Shown: piece after piece, positions 38,414 through 48,116 of the stretch
How the letters are laid out: every line of letters starts with the position of its first letter
Numbering within the stretch: position 1 is the first letter of the stretch
NCBI GenBank assembly: GCA_036278915.1
Contig: DASUKB010000001.1
Span: forward strand, 301,186-365,185
DNA: 64,000 nucleotides
Source of the DNA: Patescibacteria group bacterium
GTDB lineage: Bacteria > Patescibacteriota > Doudnabacteria > UBA920 > O2-02-FULL-48-8
Direction of reading: 5' to 3'
Made by a program: the position numbers and the translations under genes
Notes under the pieces: generated by a model
What the model was told of the DNA's origin: nothing
What the model saw: the letters and a program-made list of their open reading frames with translations, nothing else
Databases searched by the model: none

Positions 38414-38421
38414 GGCTTTCT

Positions 38422-41037
38422 TTATGCCAATTGTTTCTTTGCCATCATTTTCTGGTGCTCTTCAGTATTCAACATACCGCATTTCTTCCATTTCTTACCG
38501 CTGCCGCAGGGGCAAGGGTCGTTGCGGCCAATTTCTTTTGAACTTAGGTCATTGGACATTGCAACCTGCGCTGGTTGCTGGACTACGTCCACCTTATAGA
38601 TTGTGTACACCACGGCTTTATTTATTTCCGCAAGCAGGCGGTTGAAGAGCGTAAATCCTTCGTTCTTAAATTCCGTAAGCGGATCACGTTGGCCATAACC
38701 GCGCAGGCGCACCGAATCGCGTAAGTGCTCCATGGTATCCAAATGCTCTTGCCAGAGCTGGTCTATGGATCGTAAGTACACAAATTTTTCCAATTGTCCT
38801 AGTGTCTGCTCGCCGAGTTTGTCTTTTTTGACTTTGTATTCACGTTCGGCTATCGCCACCAAATGATTGGTAAGTTCTATTGGGTCTTGCGTTTCCTTTA
38901 CATCTTCTGTCTTAAACGGCATGAGCGCGGCCACTGTGGCCCAGAGTTGCTTGAAGTCCACTTCCTCGGCAGACAGCTGCATATTCACGATTTCTGTAAT
39001 TTCTTTTTCTATCATTTCCAAAATCTCATCCGTAAAGCTTTTACCTTCCAGGATTGCGCGTCGCTTGCCGTAAATAGCCGCGCGCTGCTTGTTCATTACG
39101 TCATCGTACTCAAGCACGTGTTTGCGGGTGTCAAAGTTGAAACCTTCAATTTTGCGCTGCGCGGATTCTATGGATTTGGACACAAGTCCCGCCCCAATTG
39201 GCTGATCGTCCGGGATGCCAAGCGTCTCCATCATCTTCTGCACGCGCTCGCCGCCGAACAGCCTCATAAGGTCGTCATCCAATGCGATAAAGAATTGCGA
39301 ACTCCCCGGGTCGCCCTGACGTCCGGCACGCCCGCGCAATTGGTTATCTATGCGGCGCGATTCGTGGCGCTCGGTGCCCACCACGGCCAAGCCGCCCAAT
39401 TCTTTCACCTTGGCCTGCTCTTCGGGATCCGCAGGATTGCCGCCGAGTAAAATGTCCACGCCGCGGCCGGCGATGTTTGTAGCCAAAGTCACAGCGCCTA
39501 AACGTCCAGCCTGAGCCACTATATGCGCTTCACGTTCGTTGTTTTTGGCATTCAAAATTTCGTGCGGCACGCCCGCGCGGATAAGCATCTGCGACAGAAG
39601 TTCGTTTCGTTCTATGGAAATTGTGCCCACCAGCACTGGCCGGCCTGTGTCGTGAAGCTCTTTGATAGTCTGAATGAGCGCGTTAAGTTTGCCTTCCGTG
39701 TTTTTGTACACCAAATCCGGCTGGTCATTGCGTATCATAGGCCGGTTGGTGGGGACCTGTACGACTTCCAAATTATAAATTTTATGGAATTCTTCGGCTT
39801 CGGTTTCAGCAGTTCCTGTCATGCCCGCCAGTTTGTGGTAAAGCCGGAAATAATTTTGAAAAGTAATAGTAGCCAAAGTCTTGCTCTCCTGCTGGACTTT
39901 CACGTTTTCTTTGGCTTCTATGGCCTGGTGCAACCCCTCGCTGTAGCGACGGCCGTACATCATGCGGCCGGTGAATTCGTCCACGATCACGATCTCCCCG
40001 CCTTTGACCACATAGTTGACGTCGCGCTTGAACAAAGTGCGAGCGCGCAAAGCGTTTTCGATGTGGTGCACGGTTGAGATGTCGTTGTACAAATTCGGAA
40101 CGTTTAGGATTTTTTCAAGCCTGCTCATGCCATTGTCCGTGAGCATGGCTGCCTTGTGTTTTTCATCCACGTCGTAATCTTCTTTATCGGTGAGTTTGGC
40201 CACGGCTTTGGCAAATTCATAGTACTTATCCGTAGGGTCTGTATCGGGCGCGGAAATTATAAGCGGCGTGCGCGCTTCGTCGATTAAAATACTGTCTACT
40301 TCGTCCACGATGGCAAAGTGCAGAGGTCTTTGCACCATCTGGTCCAAACCGTAAACCATATTGTCGCGCAAATAATCAAACCCGTACTCGTTGTTGGTGC
40401 CGTAGGTGATGTCCGCGGCATATGCCTGCCTTCGCGGGATTGGCCGCATGTGTTTGACGTCCAGCGTGAGACCCTGGACTTGGGATTCTATTTGCTTGAT
40501 CTCTTCTTCTTCCGGCTGGAACGTGGAATCGTACAAAAAAGCCTGCTCGTGCTGAATAGAGGCTGTGGACAAACCCAAGAAATGATAAATTTGTCCCATC
40601 CACGACGCCTGCCAGCGCGCCAGGTAGTCGTTGACTGTCACCAAATGCACGCCGCGGCCCGTGAGCGCGTTTAAGTACACTGGCAAAGTCGCGACTAAAG
40701 TTTTACCTTCGCCAGTGCGCATTTCGGCGATCTCGCCATTGTGGAGCACGATGCCGCCTATGAGCTGCACGTCAAAGTGCCGCTGGCCTATAGTGCGCTT
40801 GGACGCTTCGCGTACTGCGGCAAAAGCTTCCGGTAAAATTTTCTCTAGGATTTCTTTTTGCTCGTCCAATTCTTTGCCAGCCAATTCCTGTTTCCATTTG
40901 GCCGTGAGAGCCCGGAGATCATCTTGCGATTTGGCTTCGTATTCTTTTTCGAGCGCGTTGATGCGGTCAACCGTTTTGCTGTGCCGGCTGACTACTTGCT
41001 GGTTTGAGGGTGAGAAAATATTTGTAATGAAAGACAT
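38422..41037 (-). CDS. secA: Protein translocase ATPase SecA
   Basis: EMRTGEGKT, DEVDSILIDEARTPLIIS, DNQLRGRAGRQGDPG, GRNDPCPCGSGKK.KKC. Confidence 0.98.
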   Translation of the reverse strand: MSFITNIFSPSNQQVVSRHSKTVDRINALEKEYEAKSQDDLRALTAKWKQELAGKELDEQKEILEKILPEAFAAVREASKRTIGQRHFDVQLIGGIVLHNGEIAEMRTGEGKTLVATLPVYLNALTGRGVHLVTVNDYLARWQASWMGQIYHFLGLSTASIQHEQAFLYDSTFQPEEEEIKQIESQVQGLTLDVKHMRPIPRRQAYAADITYGTNNEYGFDYLRDNMVYGLDQMVQRPLHFAIVDEVDSILIDEARTPLIISAPDTDPTDKYYEFAKAVAKLTDKEDYDVDEKHKAAMLTDNGMSRLEKILNVPNLYNDISTVHHIENALRARTLFKRDVNYVVKGGEIVIVDEFTGRMMYGRRYSEGLHQAIEAKENVKVQQESKTLATITFQNYFRLYHKLAGMTGTAETEAEEFHKIYNLEVVQVPTNRPMIRNDQPDLVYKNTEGKLNALIQTIKELHDTGRPVLVGTISIERNELLSQMLIRAGVPHEILNAKNNEREAHIVAQAGRLGAVTLATNIAGRGVDILLGGNPADPEEQAKVKELGGLAVVGTERHESRRIDNQLRGRAGRQGDPGSSQFFIALDDDLMRLFGGERVQKMMETLGIPDDQPIGAGLVSKSIESAQRKIEGFNFDTRKHVLEYDDVMNKQRAAIYGKRRAILEGKSFTDEILEMIEKEITEIVNMQLSAEEVDFKQLWATVAALMPFKTEDVKETQDPIELTNHLVAIAEREYKVKKDKLGEQTLGQLEKFVYLRSIDQLWQEHLDTMEHLRDSVRLRGYGQRDPLTEFKNEGFTLFNRLLAEINKAVVYTIYKVDVVQQPAQVAMSNDLSSKEIGRNDPCPCGSGKKWKKCGMLNTEEHQKMMAKKQLA

Positions 41038-41044
41038 ATCGATT

Positions 41045-41102
41045 TGTCATTCCCGCGAAAGCGGGAATCTTGATTAAGATCCCCGATCAAGTCGGTGATG
41101 AC
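41045..41102. repeat. REP-like composite palindrome
   Basis: tgtcattcccgc-gaaa-gcgggaatc...gatccccgatcaagtcggtgatgaca, with GTCAT/ATGAC ends. Confidence 0.75.
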
Positions 41103-41205
41103 ACATTAAAAAGCTTCGTTATTATACTAAAATCGCCCCAAAAAGAAAAGGCCCGACCAATACGACTATTGGCCAGGCCTAGACGGCGGCGCCGTCACAA
41201 TAAAC

Positions 41206-41232
41206 CTACATCACCTCGTGAGTCTTCATCAT
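41206..41232 (-). CDS. Micro-ORF MMKTHEVM in its own promoter/terminator unit
   Basis: TTGACG-17-TACTAT promoter (41287-41259), AAGGAGG SD (41243-41237), terminator 41179-41140. Confidence 0.45.
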   Translation of the reverse strand: MMKTHEVM

Positions 41233-41366
41233 TAGACCTCCTTTTCAGAATGGAAATTATAGTAACAAAACCCACATGGCTCGTCAAGGCGCCCATCGGA
41301 GCCAAAAAGAAAAGGCCCTGCGCAATCGCTTGCACAAGGCCCAACCAAACCCCAAGTTCTCCACGG

Positions 41367-42518
41367 TCACTTCGCCAGGTGTATACCAGCTTCGCCGTCT
41401 ATCTGCAACTGCTGGCGTCGGATGCTGAAGTTCTTGCGAACCTTGTCGACACCTTCTTTCCTGAGGCGCTGCATTACTCCGCCGACAATGAAAGGAAGAA
41501 CCATGGTCGCGTCGGCTGGAATCTCCGTAAAGTTTCCGTTGTCCTTGGAGGCAAACTTGCCCCAAGACACACCCTCGGAATACTTACATCCGGACAGTCC
41601 GCCGAAATGCTCCGGCTCCGGGCAAATCCGGAGGCCAGCCGTATATTTTTTGGGCTGGAGGTGTGGGGGCGCCAGACCTGCCGGCATGCGGGACTGCACG
41701 AGTTCCAAAAGCGGCATGACTTGCTGTGCCCAGTTACGCGGAACGCCGCCTCCAACTGTGACAATCCCGACTTTATTCTGGCGGGCGATGAGCTCCATGA
41801 AGTGTTCGACATCTCCAAACAAGTCGAACGCAACCCCATCGAACCCCTGAAGCCTGCGCTTCATGTTGTAGAGCGTGATATCCAGTCCAATCTCGCAGTC
41901 AGTCAGTGCCGGTACGTACACAGGCACCAAATTGGCGTAAGTGCTTTTGAGGATACCGCGCCCTTGTACGTTGTCCACGAGCCACTTGCCAAGCACCTCA
42001 AAGAACGTACGCGAACAGTGCTTCTGGTTGCGCGGAAGGACATCGAGCACTTGGTTGATGATCTCTTCGACGTCATCGAGATTCTGTTCTGGTTCGATGG
42101 TGTCGTAGATCCTGTTGTATCCGTGTTCGTAGAGGTAGTTGTCCGAAAGCTTCGGGTCATGCTTGAAATGTTGCCTGCCCGAAGACTCCACAAACCCGTG
42201 TGTCATGAGTGCTCCGGTGGACACGATCGCTTGCACGAAGTTGCGCTCCACCATCTCGGTGATGACGAGGCTCAATTTGGCCGGAGTCATTGCGCCGGAA
42301 AGCGTGAGTACGACAAACATGTCGGGATCGGTGACCATTCGGTAGAAGGTTTGCGCACCCTCCCCTACTTTGCGTGCACCAAATGACATGTATTCGTAAC
42401 CGCTGAGCATCTCATCCAGATCCGTTATCCGATTCAGATCCAGCGGCCGCAACGGCACGAGTTCTTCCTGACTGCCATCGTGGTAGTGTTTCGGATCACG
42501 CCGAACCTGTTGTTTCAA
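41367..42518 (-). CDS. Deoxyhypusine synthase-family protein (possible homospermidine synthase)
   Basis: LSGAMTP, IVSTGA, NRIYD, VPALTD, GGGVPRNW, GGLSGC.YSEGVSWGK, DAT; AAGGAGG SD and TTG start. Confidence 0.92.
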   Translation of the reverse strand: MKQQVRRDPKHYHDGSQEELVPLRPLDLNRITDLDEMLSGYEYMSFGARKVGEGAQTFYRMVTDPDMFVVLTLSGAMTPAKLSLVITEMVERNFVQAIVSTGALMTHGFVESSGRQHFKHDPKLSDNYLYEHGYNRIYDTIEPEQNLDDVEEIINQVLDVLPRNQKHCSRTFFEVLGKWLVDNVQGRGILKSTYANLVPVYVPALTDCEIGLDITLYNMKRRLQGFDGVAFDLFGDVEHFMELIARQNKVGIVTVGGGVPRNWAQQVMPLLELVQSRMPAGLAPPHLQPKKYTAGLRICPEPEHFGGLSGCKYSEGVSWGKFASKDNGNFTEIPADATMVLPFIVGGVMQRLRKEGVDKVRKNFSIRRQQLQIDGEAGIHLAK

Positions 42519-42626
42519 TTTTCTCCTCCTTGAGAAATCTAAAATTGCATAATGTTTCTAGTTTAACAGGAGATGGAAAATTGTCAACAAAAAAATCACC
42601 TTTTTTCAGGTGATTTTTTAAAACTT

Positions 42627-43109
42627 TTAGCTCAACAAGCGTTTTGGAAATTTGAGGCCGCGTTTGGTGTCGCGGATTTCCAGTTCCTTAAACCCAAACT
42701 GCTGTTCAAAGTAGCTGCAAATTCTGCGCGTATCCAGTCGGCTCTGGCAAGTGTAGACGTCAATTGATGCAAAACCTTTTTTTGGGAACGTGTGGATGCT
42801 TATGTGGGATTCGGCGATCATAACAAATCCTGAATATCCACCCGGATCCTTTTTGTCATTGGCATCTGCTCGCACCACATAAGGCGTGATTATCTTGTGC
42901 ATGCCCAGCAGCTCCGGCAATTCGTTGAGCACGGTAAATACCAGATCCATGCTGGCGAGCTTTTCTTCATCGCCAAAATATGCGTCGAGCATCAAATGGA
43001 CTCCGAAATTTTCCGTCTCAAGCCTTTGTTTTAATTTTGTTTCATTGACCTTGGTCTTAACCTGCGGAATCATAACCTCTGTCCGCAGCGCGGACGCGTT
43101 TTTTGCCAT
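42627..43109 (-). CDS. speD: Pyruvoyl-dependent decarboxylase, S-adenosylmethionine decarboxylase class 1b family
   Basis: FGVHLMLD, GYSGFVMIAESHISIHTFP (ESH self-cleavage), IDVYTC, RG. Confidence 0.85.
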   Translation of the reverse strand: MAKNASALRTEVMIPQVKTKVNETKLKQRLETENFGVHLMLDAYFGDEEKLASMDLVFTVLNELPELLGMHKIITPYVVRADANDKKDPGGYSGFVMIAESHISIHTFPKKGFASIDVYTCQSRLDTRRICSYFEQQFGFKELEIRDTKRGLKFPKRLLS

Positions 43110-43352
43110 TTTCGCTTTGCTCTTTGCCTTTCTCTTTCTTAGTATGCTGTACCGGTTGTCGAACTAGAAACGCCTAAACGTGTTCTGGTTGTCGCGCCGG
43201 CCTCCTCGCCTCGCTTCGGCGAGCCCGCTATCGTCGAGTCGAAGCGGGGACCTGGTCGAATTTAATCGGCATTAATAAATTTAACTCAACTTAAATTTTA
43301 AAGTATACAAAAAATCTGTCAACACTTTTGCAACAGATTTTTCCACAATTGG

Positions 43353-43688
43353 TCAAATTTTCCGTTTCGCTGACCTAGCACCCCGGCGCTGAAGCGTAGT
43401 CCGTTTGGCTTTGAACTTGTCTATCTGCTCGCGAAGCTTCGGCACCACCAGATCTATGGACGCGTAAATGTCCTCGGATGAGGCATCGGCTCGCATGAGT
43501 TTTCCGCCGGCGATAAGCATCACTTCGGCGCGGAAGACTTCTCCAGTGCGATGATGCCGATCGCGCGCCAATTCCACCTTGGCCTCATCCGCCTTCACGT
43601 ACTTGGCCAGATGGCCAATTTTGTCGTCTAAATAGTCCTTTACGGATGCAGTCAGCTCCAAGTTAGTTGCTTTAATTTGTATGTTCAT
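43353..43688 (-). CDS. hpf: Ribosome hibernation factor HPF/RaiA
   Basis: MNIQIKATNLELT..VKDY...KI, DIYASID. Confidence 0.92.
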   Translation of the reverse strand: MNIQIKATNLELTASVKDYLDDKIGHLAKYVKADEAKVELARDRHHRTGEVFRAEVMLIAGGKLMRADASSEDIYASIDLVVPKLREQIDKFKAKRTTLQRRGARSAKRKI

Positions 43689-43711
43689 AATCCTATGTTA
43701 ACGTTTGTAGG

Positions 43712-44722
43712 TTAAATGTATACTATTTCTTCTTCCAGTTCAACCCCAAACTTATTTCGTACTCCTGCCTTGATCTTTTCGGCCAGATTTTTAATGTCAG
43801 AGGCTTTGGCATTCCCTGGATTTATAATTGCCAAGGCTTGCTTGGACGAAATTTGCGCCGCATCCATGACCTGACCCTTCGAAAACCCGGCCTGGGTGAT
43901 GAGGCAGGCGGCAGAAACCTTGACTCCGTCCGACTGATTCCAGTACCAAGGGTCTGGGCAGCGGATGCTGGCTTTAAATTTTTCAAACTGTGTTTCGGAA
44001 ACAACCGGATTTTTGAAAAACGACCCCGCGCTTTTGTAACTTTCGTATTCCGGCATTATGACCATGCCTTTGGATGCGCGGATTGTTAATACTTTTTGAC
44101 GAACTTGGGAAAGGCTTGGGTTTTCTCCTACGAATTCCCGGCCTAAAGAAAGAAAGGAAATATTACCACGGTCAATTTCAAATAGTTTAAGTACTCCCTG
44201 CAAGACCAGGTGCCGTCCAGAGTTCTTTTTGAAAAGGCTGTTGCGGTATTCAAATTCACACTCGGGCTTGCTCAAAATTTTGACCTTGCCGTCTATAGTG
44301 TCCAAAACCTCCACTGAATCCACCACGTCGGACAAAGTCTGCCCGTAGGCGCCAATATTCTGCACAATAGCGCCTCCAAACGTGCCCGGGACACCAGACA
44401 AGCACTCGATACCTTGAAATTTAAGCGCAATTACTTTTTGGACGGTCTCGTCCCAACTTTCGCCTGCGGCGACACTTATGTAATTCCCTTCATTAGTAAA
44501 CCCTTTAAGTTCATTTTTGATAACCAGGCCATCAAAGCCCTGATCGGAAATCAAAACATTGCTGCCGCCGCCAAGCAGGAAAATTCGCAAATCATGTTCT
44601 CGCGCGTAGCCGTATGCATCCAAAACGTCTTGCACGCTTTTGGCCACGGTAAAAAATGACGCTTCCCCGCCAATACCGAACGTGGTGAACTTGGCTAAAT
44701 TTATATTTCTTTCAATAGTCAT
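43712..44722 (-). CDS. murB: UDP-N-acetylmuramate dehydrogenase
   Basis: TTFGIGG, LGGGSN, GVPGT.GGA..QNIGAYG, YRNS.FK, SAGSFFKNP. Confidence 0.96.
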   Translation of the reverse strand: MTIERNINLAKFTTFGIGGEASFFTVAKSVQDVLDAYGYAREHDLRIFLLGGGSNVLISDQGFDGLVIKNELKGFTNEGNYISVAAGESWDETVQKVIALKFQGIECLSGVPGTFGGAIVQNIGAYGQTLSDVVDSVEVLDTIDGKVKILSKPECEFEYRNSLFKKNSGRHLVLQGVLKLFEIDRGNISFLSLGREFVGENPSLSQVRQKVLTIRASKGMVIMPEYESYKSAGSFFKNPVVSETQFEKFKASIRCPDPWYWNQSDGVKVSAACLITQAGFSKGQVMDAAQISSKQALAIINPGNAKASDIKNLAEKIKAGVRNKFGVELEEEIVYI

Positions 44723-46086
44723 GACACAAGCTTTCTGGCCATAACATCTATATCGCCTGCACCCATACAGAGCACCACATCAAAATCTTTAAGTTTGGAC
44801 TTAATTAATTCCGAGGCCTTATCTAAGTTTTCGGCGTATTCTGCTTCTTCTTTTTGCTTCTTAAGTTCCTCCACTAAATCCTTAGAACTTATATTCTCTC
44901 CGTGTTCCCGGCCGGCCACATCGAAAATCTCAGGCAAAATCAGAGCATCAGCAGGAATCAAACTTTGGACAAATTCGCCGAACAGCGCTTTCGTCCGGTT
45001 GCGCTGGTGAGGTTGGAACACCACCAGGATTTTTTTGCCTGGAAAAAACTCTCTCGCTGCGGCAATGGTTCCTGACACAGCATCCGGATGATGCGCGTAG
45101 TCAGAGATCACGGGTTTCCCTTCGAGCGCGCCAACAACCTCAAACCGGCGCCAGATGCCGGCAAAGTTCTCTAGCGCAAATTTTATATCATCAAATTTTA
45201 CCCCGAGCTTGAGAGCGGCAAGCGTCGATGCCAGTGCATTTGAAACATTAAACTTTCCGGGCAATTTAAGCATGATATTTCCGATCATCTCGTCATTGAG
45301 ATGTAGATCAAAAGTCTGTTTTCCTGCCTCCTGTTTTCTGTTTACTGCCTGTAAATCCGCATAGTGATCTATGCCAAAAGTATATTTATGAGTTTTGGCC
45401 GCGCGTCCAAGTTCTACAGTATTTTTATCATCCGCGTTGTAAATTAGAATCCCCTCTGTGGGCAACGAATCAATGTATTGCGAAAAGGCGGCCATTATGT
45501 CTGCCAAATTTTTATAGACATCCAAGTGGTCCTCGGCAATATTTGTGATCACAATCATTTCCGGCTTGTTCTGCAGCATCTTGCGAGCGTATTCGTCAGA
45601 TTCCGCCACGAAATATTTACTTTGTCCAAGCCTTGCATTGGCTTTGAATTTATCTGATCCGTTTTTGGGCGAAAGATTTGAGCCAATCAAAACAGTCGGG
45701 TCCAAATTGGCTTTTTCCAAAATCAACCCAAGCATTGCCGTGCTTGTAGATTTACCGTTTGTGCCAGTGACGCCGATCCCATATTTACTGTGCATAAGCT
45801 CGCCAATTGCCTCCCCATGGCTAAGCTTTGAGATTTGGATTGTTGCTAATTCTGATTGCGGCACTGCCGGAGAATAAACCACCAAATCCGCATCCAAATT
45901 ATCCGGCACGTTCTGCCCGATCAAAATTTTAACGCCAAGAGATTCCAAATCCTTTGTAATCGCAGATTCCTTGAGATCGGATCCTGCGACTTGTTTGCCC
46001 ATAGCCACAAACAACCTGGCCAAACCAGAAACACCAATCCCGCCGATCCCTGCGCAAAAAATTCTATTTGATTCTTTGATACTCAT
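44719..46086 (-). CDS. murC: UDP-N-acetylmuramate--L-alanine ligase
   Basis: GIGGIGVS, GTNGKST, DYAHHP, FQPH, MGAGDI; start MSIKES at 46086. Confidence 0.94.
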   Translation of the reverse strand: MSIKESNRIFCAGIGGIGVSGLARLFVAMGKQVAGSDLKESAITKDLESLGVKILIGQNVPDNLDADLVVYSPAVPQSELATIQISKLSHGEAIGELMHSKYGIGVTGTNGKSTSTAMLGLILEKANLDPTVLIGSNLSPKNGSDKFKANARLGQSKYFVAESDEYARKMLQNKPEMIVITNIAEDHLDVYKNLADIMAAFSQYIDSLPTEGILIYNADDKNTVELGRAAKTHKYTFGIDHYADLQAVNRKQEAGKQTFDLHLNDEMIGNIMLKLPGKFNVSNALASTLAALKLGVKFDDIKFALENFAGIWRRFEVVGALEGKPVISDYAHHPDAVSGTIAAAREFFPGKKILVVFQPHQRNRTKALFGEFVQSLIPADALILPEIFDVAGREHGENISSKDLVEELKKQKEEAEYAENLDKASELIKSKLKDFDVVLCMGAGDIDVMARKLVS

Positions 46087-47038
46087 GTTTTTTTTCAAAT
46101 TCTTCAATCATTTTCTTAATCTGTGGCAAGGCGTCTTTGGCCGCTTTGCGGCCTTCGATGTAGATTTTTTCCAAAGATGCAAATTCCGTTTTGCCATAGT
46201 GCTTCACGCGCGGCTCAATCATAAGGTCGCAGGCCATTTCCGAATCCGTCCACTCTTCTGAAACTTTCATAGACCAATCCAAAGCCTTGGTCAACATCGT
46301 GAGCACGCCGGGAATTTCTATGTCGCCCTGCTCCAGTATATCGGATTGCGAATCAAACTGGAACAGCACGCGCGACGAAAGAAACGGCAGGATTTTTTCG
46401 CGCACAAACTGCAGTCCGAGCAGCCGCGTTATGAATTTGTACCCGCGCCAGATAGGCAGACGCTTTTCGTAAATAAATTTAGTCGCCGCGATATTGACCC
46501 CGATGATAATATCCGCGCCCATATCCTTCACTGCACGGGTAGGCACGATGTTTACAAGCCCTCCATCCACCAGGATGCGATTGTCTATAACCGCGGGTTC
46601 AAATAGCCCAGGTACGGCCACCGTGGCATTGATGGCGCGCGTTAAATCCCCCGAAGTGATGTTTATAAGCTCTCCGGTATTAATGTCTGCAGCCACAAAC
46701 CCAAGCCTGGGATTTGCGTTTTCAAAAGTCAAACCTTTAATATGCTTCTCAAACCACGCTGTGGCTTTGTCTAATTTAAAAATCGCGCCCTTGGCGTCAC
46801 GCGGGTTCATAAGACCAAACAACTTAAGTTTCGTCATATCAAAAAGCTCGTCTTTGAGCATGGACAGCGTTTGGCTGGCAAAACTTGCCGCCACCAAAGC
46901 GCCGGAGGAACACCCGACCATGAAATCCAAGGGAATATTGTTTTCACTCAAAACTTCCAATACTCCGACGTGGGCAATGGTGCGGCCTGACGCGCCTGAG
47001 AGCGCGATGCCGATTTTTGGCCTAGCTTTGTTTTCCAT
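46064..47038 (-). CDS. Patatin-like phospholipase family protein
   Basis: IALSGASGRTIAHVGV, GCSSG nucleophile motif, LVDGG. Confidence 0.88.
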   Translation of the reverse strand: MENKARPKIGIALSGASGRTIAHVGVLEVLSENNIPLDFMVGCSSGALVAASFASQTLSMLKDELFDMTKLKLFGLMNPRDAKGAIFKLDKATAWFEKHIKGLTFENANPRLGFVAADINTGELINITSGDLTRAINATVAVPGLFEPAVIDNRILVDGGLVNIVPTRAVKDMGADIIIGVNIAATKFIYEKRLPIWRGYKFITRLLGLQFVREKILPFLSSRVLFQFDSQSDILEQGDIEIPGVLTMLTKALDWSMKVSEEWTDSEMACDLMIEPRVKHYGKTEFASLEKIYIEGRKAAKDALPQIKKMIEEFEKKHEYQRIK

Positions 47039-48113
47039 ATCGCTCCAATATAATTTTGGCTATGCGCGTTGCCGAATCGTGCGGCATCAGTTGCGCGATG
47101 TTTCGCGACAAAAGTTCGCAGCGTTTGACGTTGAATTTAAGGCTTACTATAACACGAGCCAGCGTTTCGGGCGTAAATTCATGGTGCGTAAGCACTACGG
47201 CCGAATTTGTCCGGCTCAAAATTTCGGCATTGTCCTCTTGATGCGAATCAGGCATAGGCACGATAATTGAGACTTTGCCCAAAGCTGAAAGCTCCGCAAT
47301 AGTAGACAACCCTGCGCGCGCCACCACAATGTCTGCGATTTTGAACGCGTCTGGCATCTCGGGGCCCAAAAATTCGTATTGGTGATAATTCGGATCATTA
47401 AAGTCAATTTTCTTGCCTGCGCCTGTGATATGGATAATCTGATGCGCGTTCAAAAGTTCGGGAAGTGCGGACAATACGACTTCATTAATCTGCGCAGCGC
47501 CTGTCGCTCCGCCAAAGATAAGCAGGATTGGAAGGTCAGATGTCAGATGAAAAAAATCTCGGCTATGCTTGATGTCCGAATTTAAAAAATCCTCCCGCAC
47601 AGGGTTGCCTGTCCATTCGGTGCGGATTTTCGGTTCTGCTTCAAATCCGGTGCCTGTGTGAAATTCTTTCGCTGTCCGGGCAAACGCCGTAGTAATGTAG
47701 TCAGCAAACGGCGCCACGAGCTTGTTGGCCAGTCCGATACGCGCATCCTGCTGGTGCATCAGCACCGGAATTTTTAAATTCCTCGCAGCATAGCATACCG
47801 GCACGCCCGCAAAACTCCCAGCTGTAAACACGACATTTGGTTGGAACTGTTTGAGAATCTTTTTGGCGGCAAAGTAGCCGTGCAAAATCCGGAACATATC
47901 TGCAACATTGGCCAACGAAAAATACCGCCGCCATTTGCCTGCAGGAGTGGCAACAAATTTAATTCCAGTACCCGCAAGCAGCTGTTCGTCCTGTTTGCCG
48001 GCTCCAATAAACAGCAACTCTGCATCGCGTTGGATTTTTTTGAGTTGTTCGGCTACGGCCAAAAGCGGAATTGTCGGACCGCCCGTGCCGCCGCCGGCTA
48101 ATATAACTTTCAT
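47022..48113 (-). CDS. murG: Lipid II GlcNAc transferase MurG
   Basis: GGGTGGP, GLANK, TGNPVR, GGATGA, RAG.STI.E, HQEDNA. Confidence 0.95.
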   Translation of the reverse strand: MKVILAGGGTGGPTIPLLAVAEQLKKIQRDAELLFIGAGKQDEQLLAGTGIKFVATPAGKWRRYFSLANVADMFRILHGYFAAKKILKQFQPNVVFTAGSFAGVPVCYAARNLKIPVLMHQQDARIGLANKLVAPFADYITTAFARTAKEFHTGTGFEAEPKIRTEWTGNPVREDFLNSDIKHSRDFFHLTSDLPILLIFGGATGAAQINEVVLSALPELLNAHQIIHITGAGKKIDFNDPNYHQYEFLGPEMPDAFKIADIVVARAGLSTIAELSALGKVSIIVPMPDSHQEDNAEILSRTNSAVVLTHHEFTPETLARVIVSLKFNVKRCELLSRNIAQLMPHDSATRIAKIILERYGKQS

Positions 48114-48116
48114 AAA

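Noticed and set aside
41070-42386. 438-aa plus-strand ORF
   Set aside because: Antisense shadow of the deoxyhypusine synthase gene; no motifs
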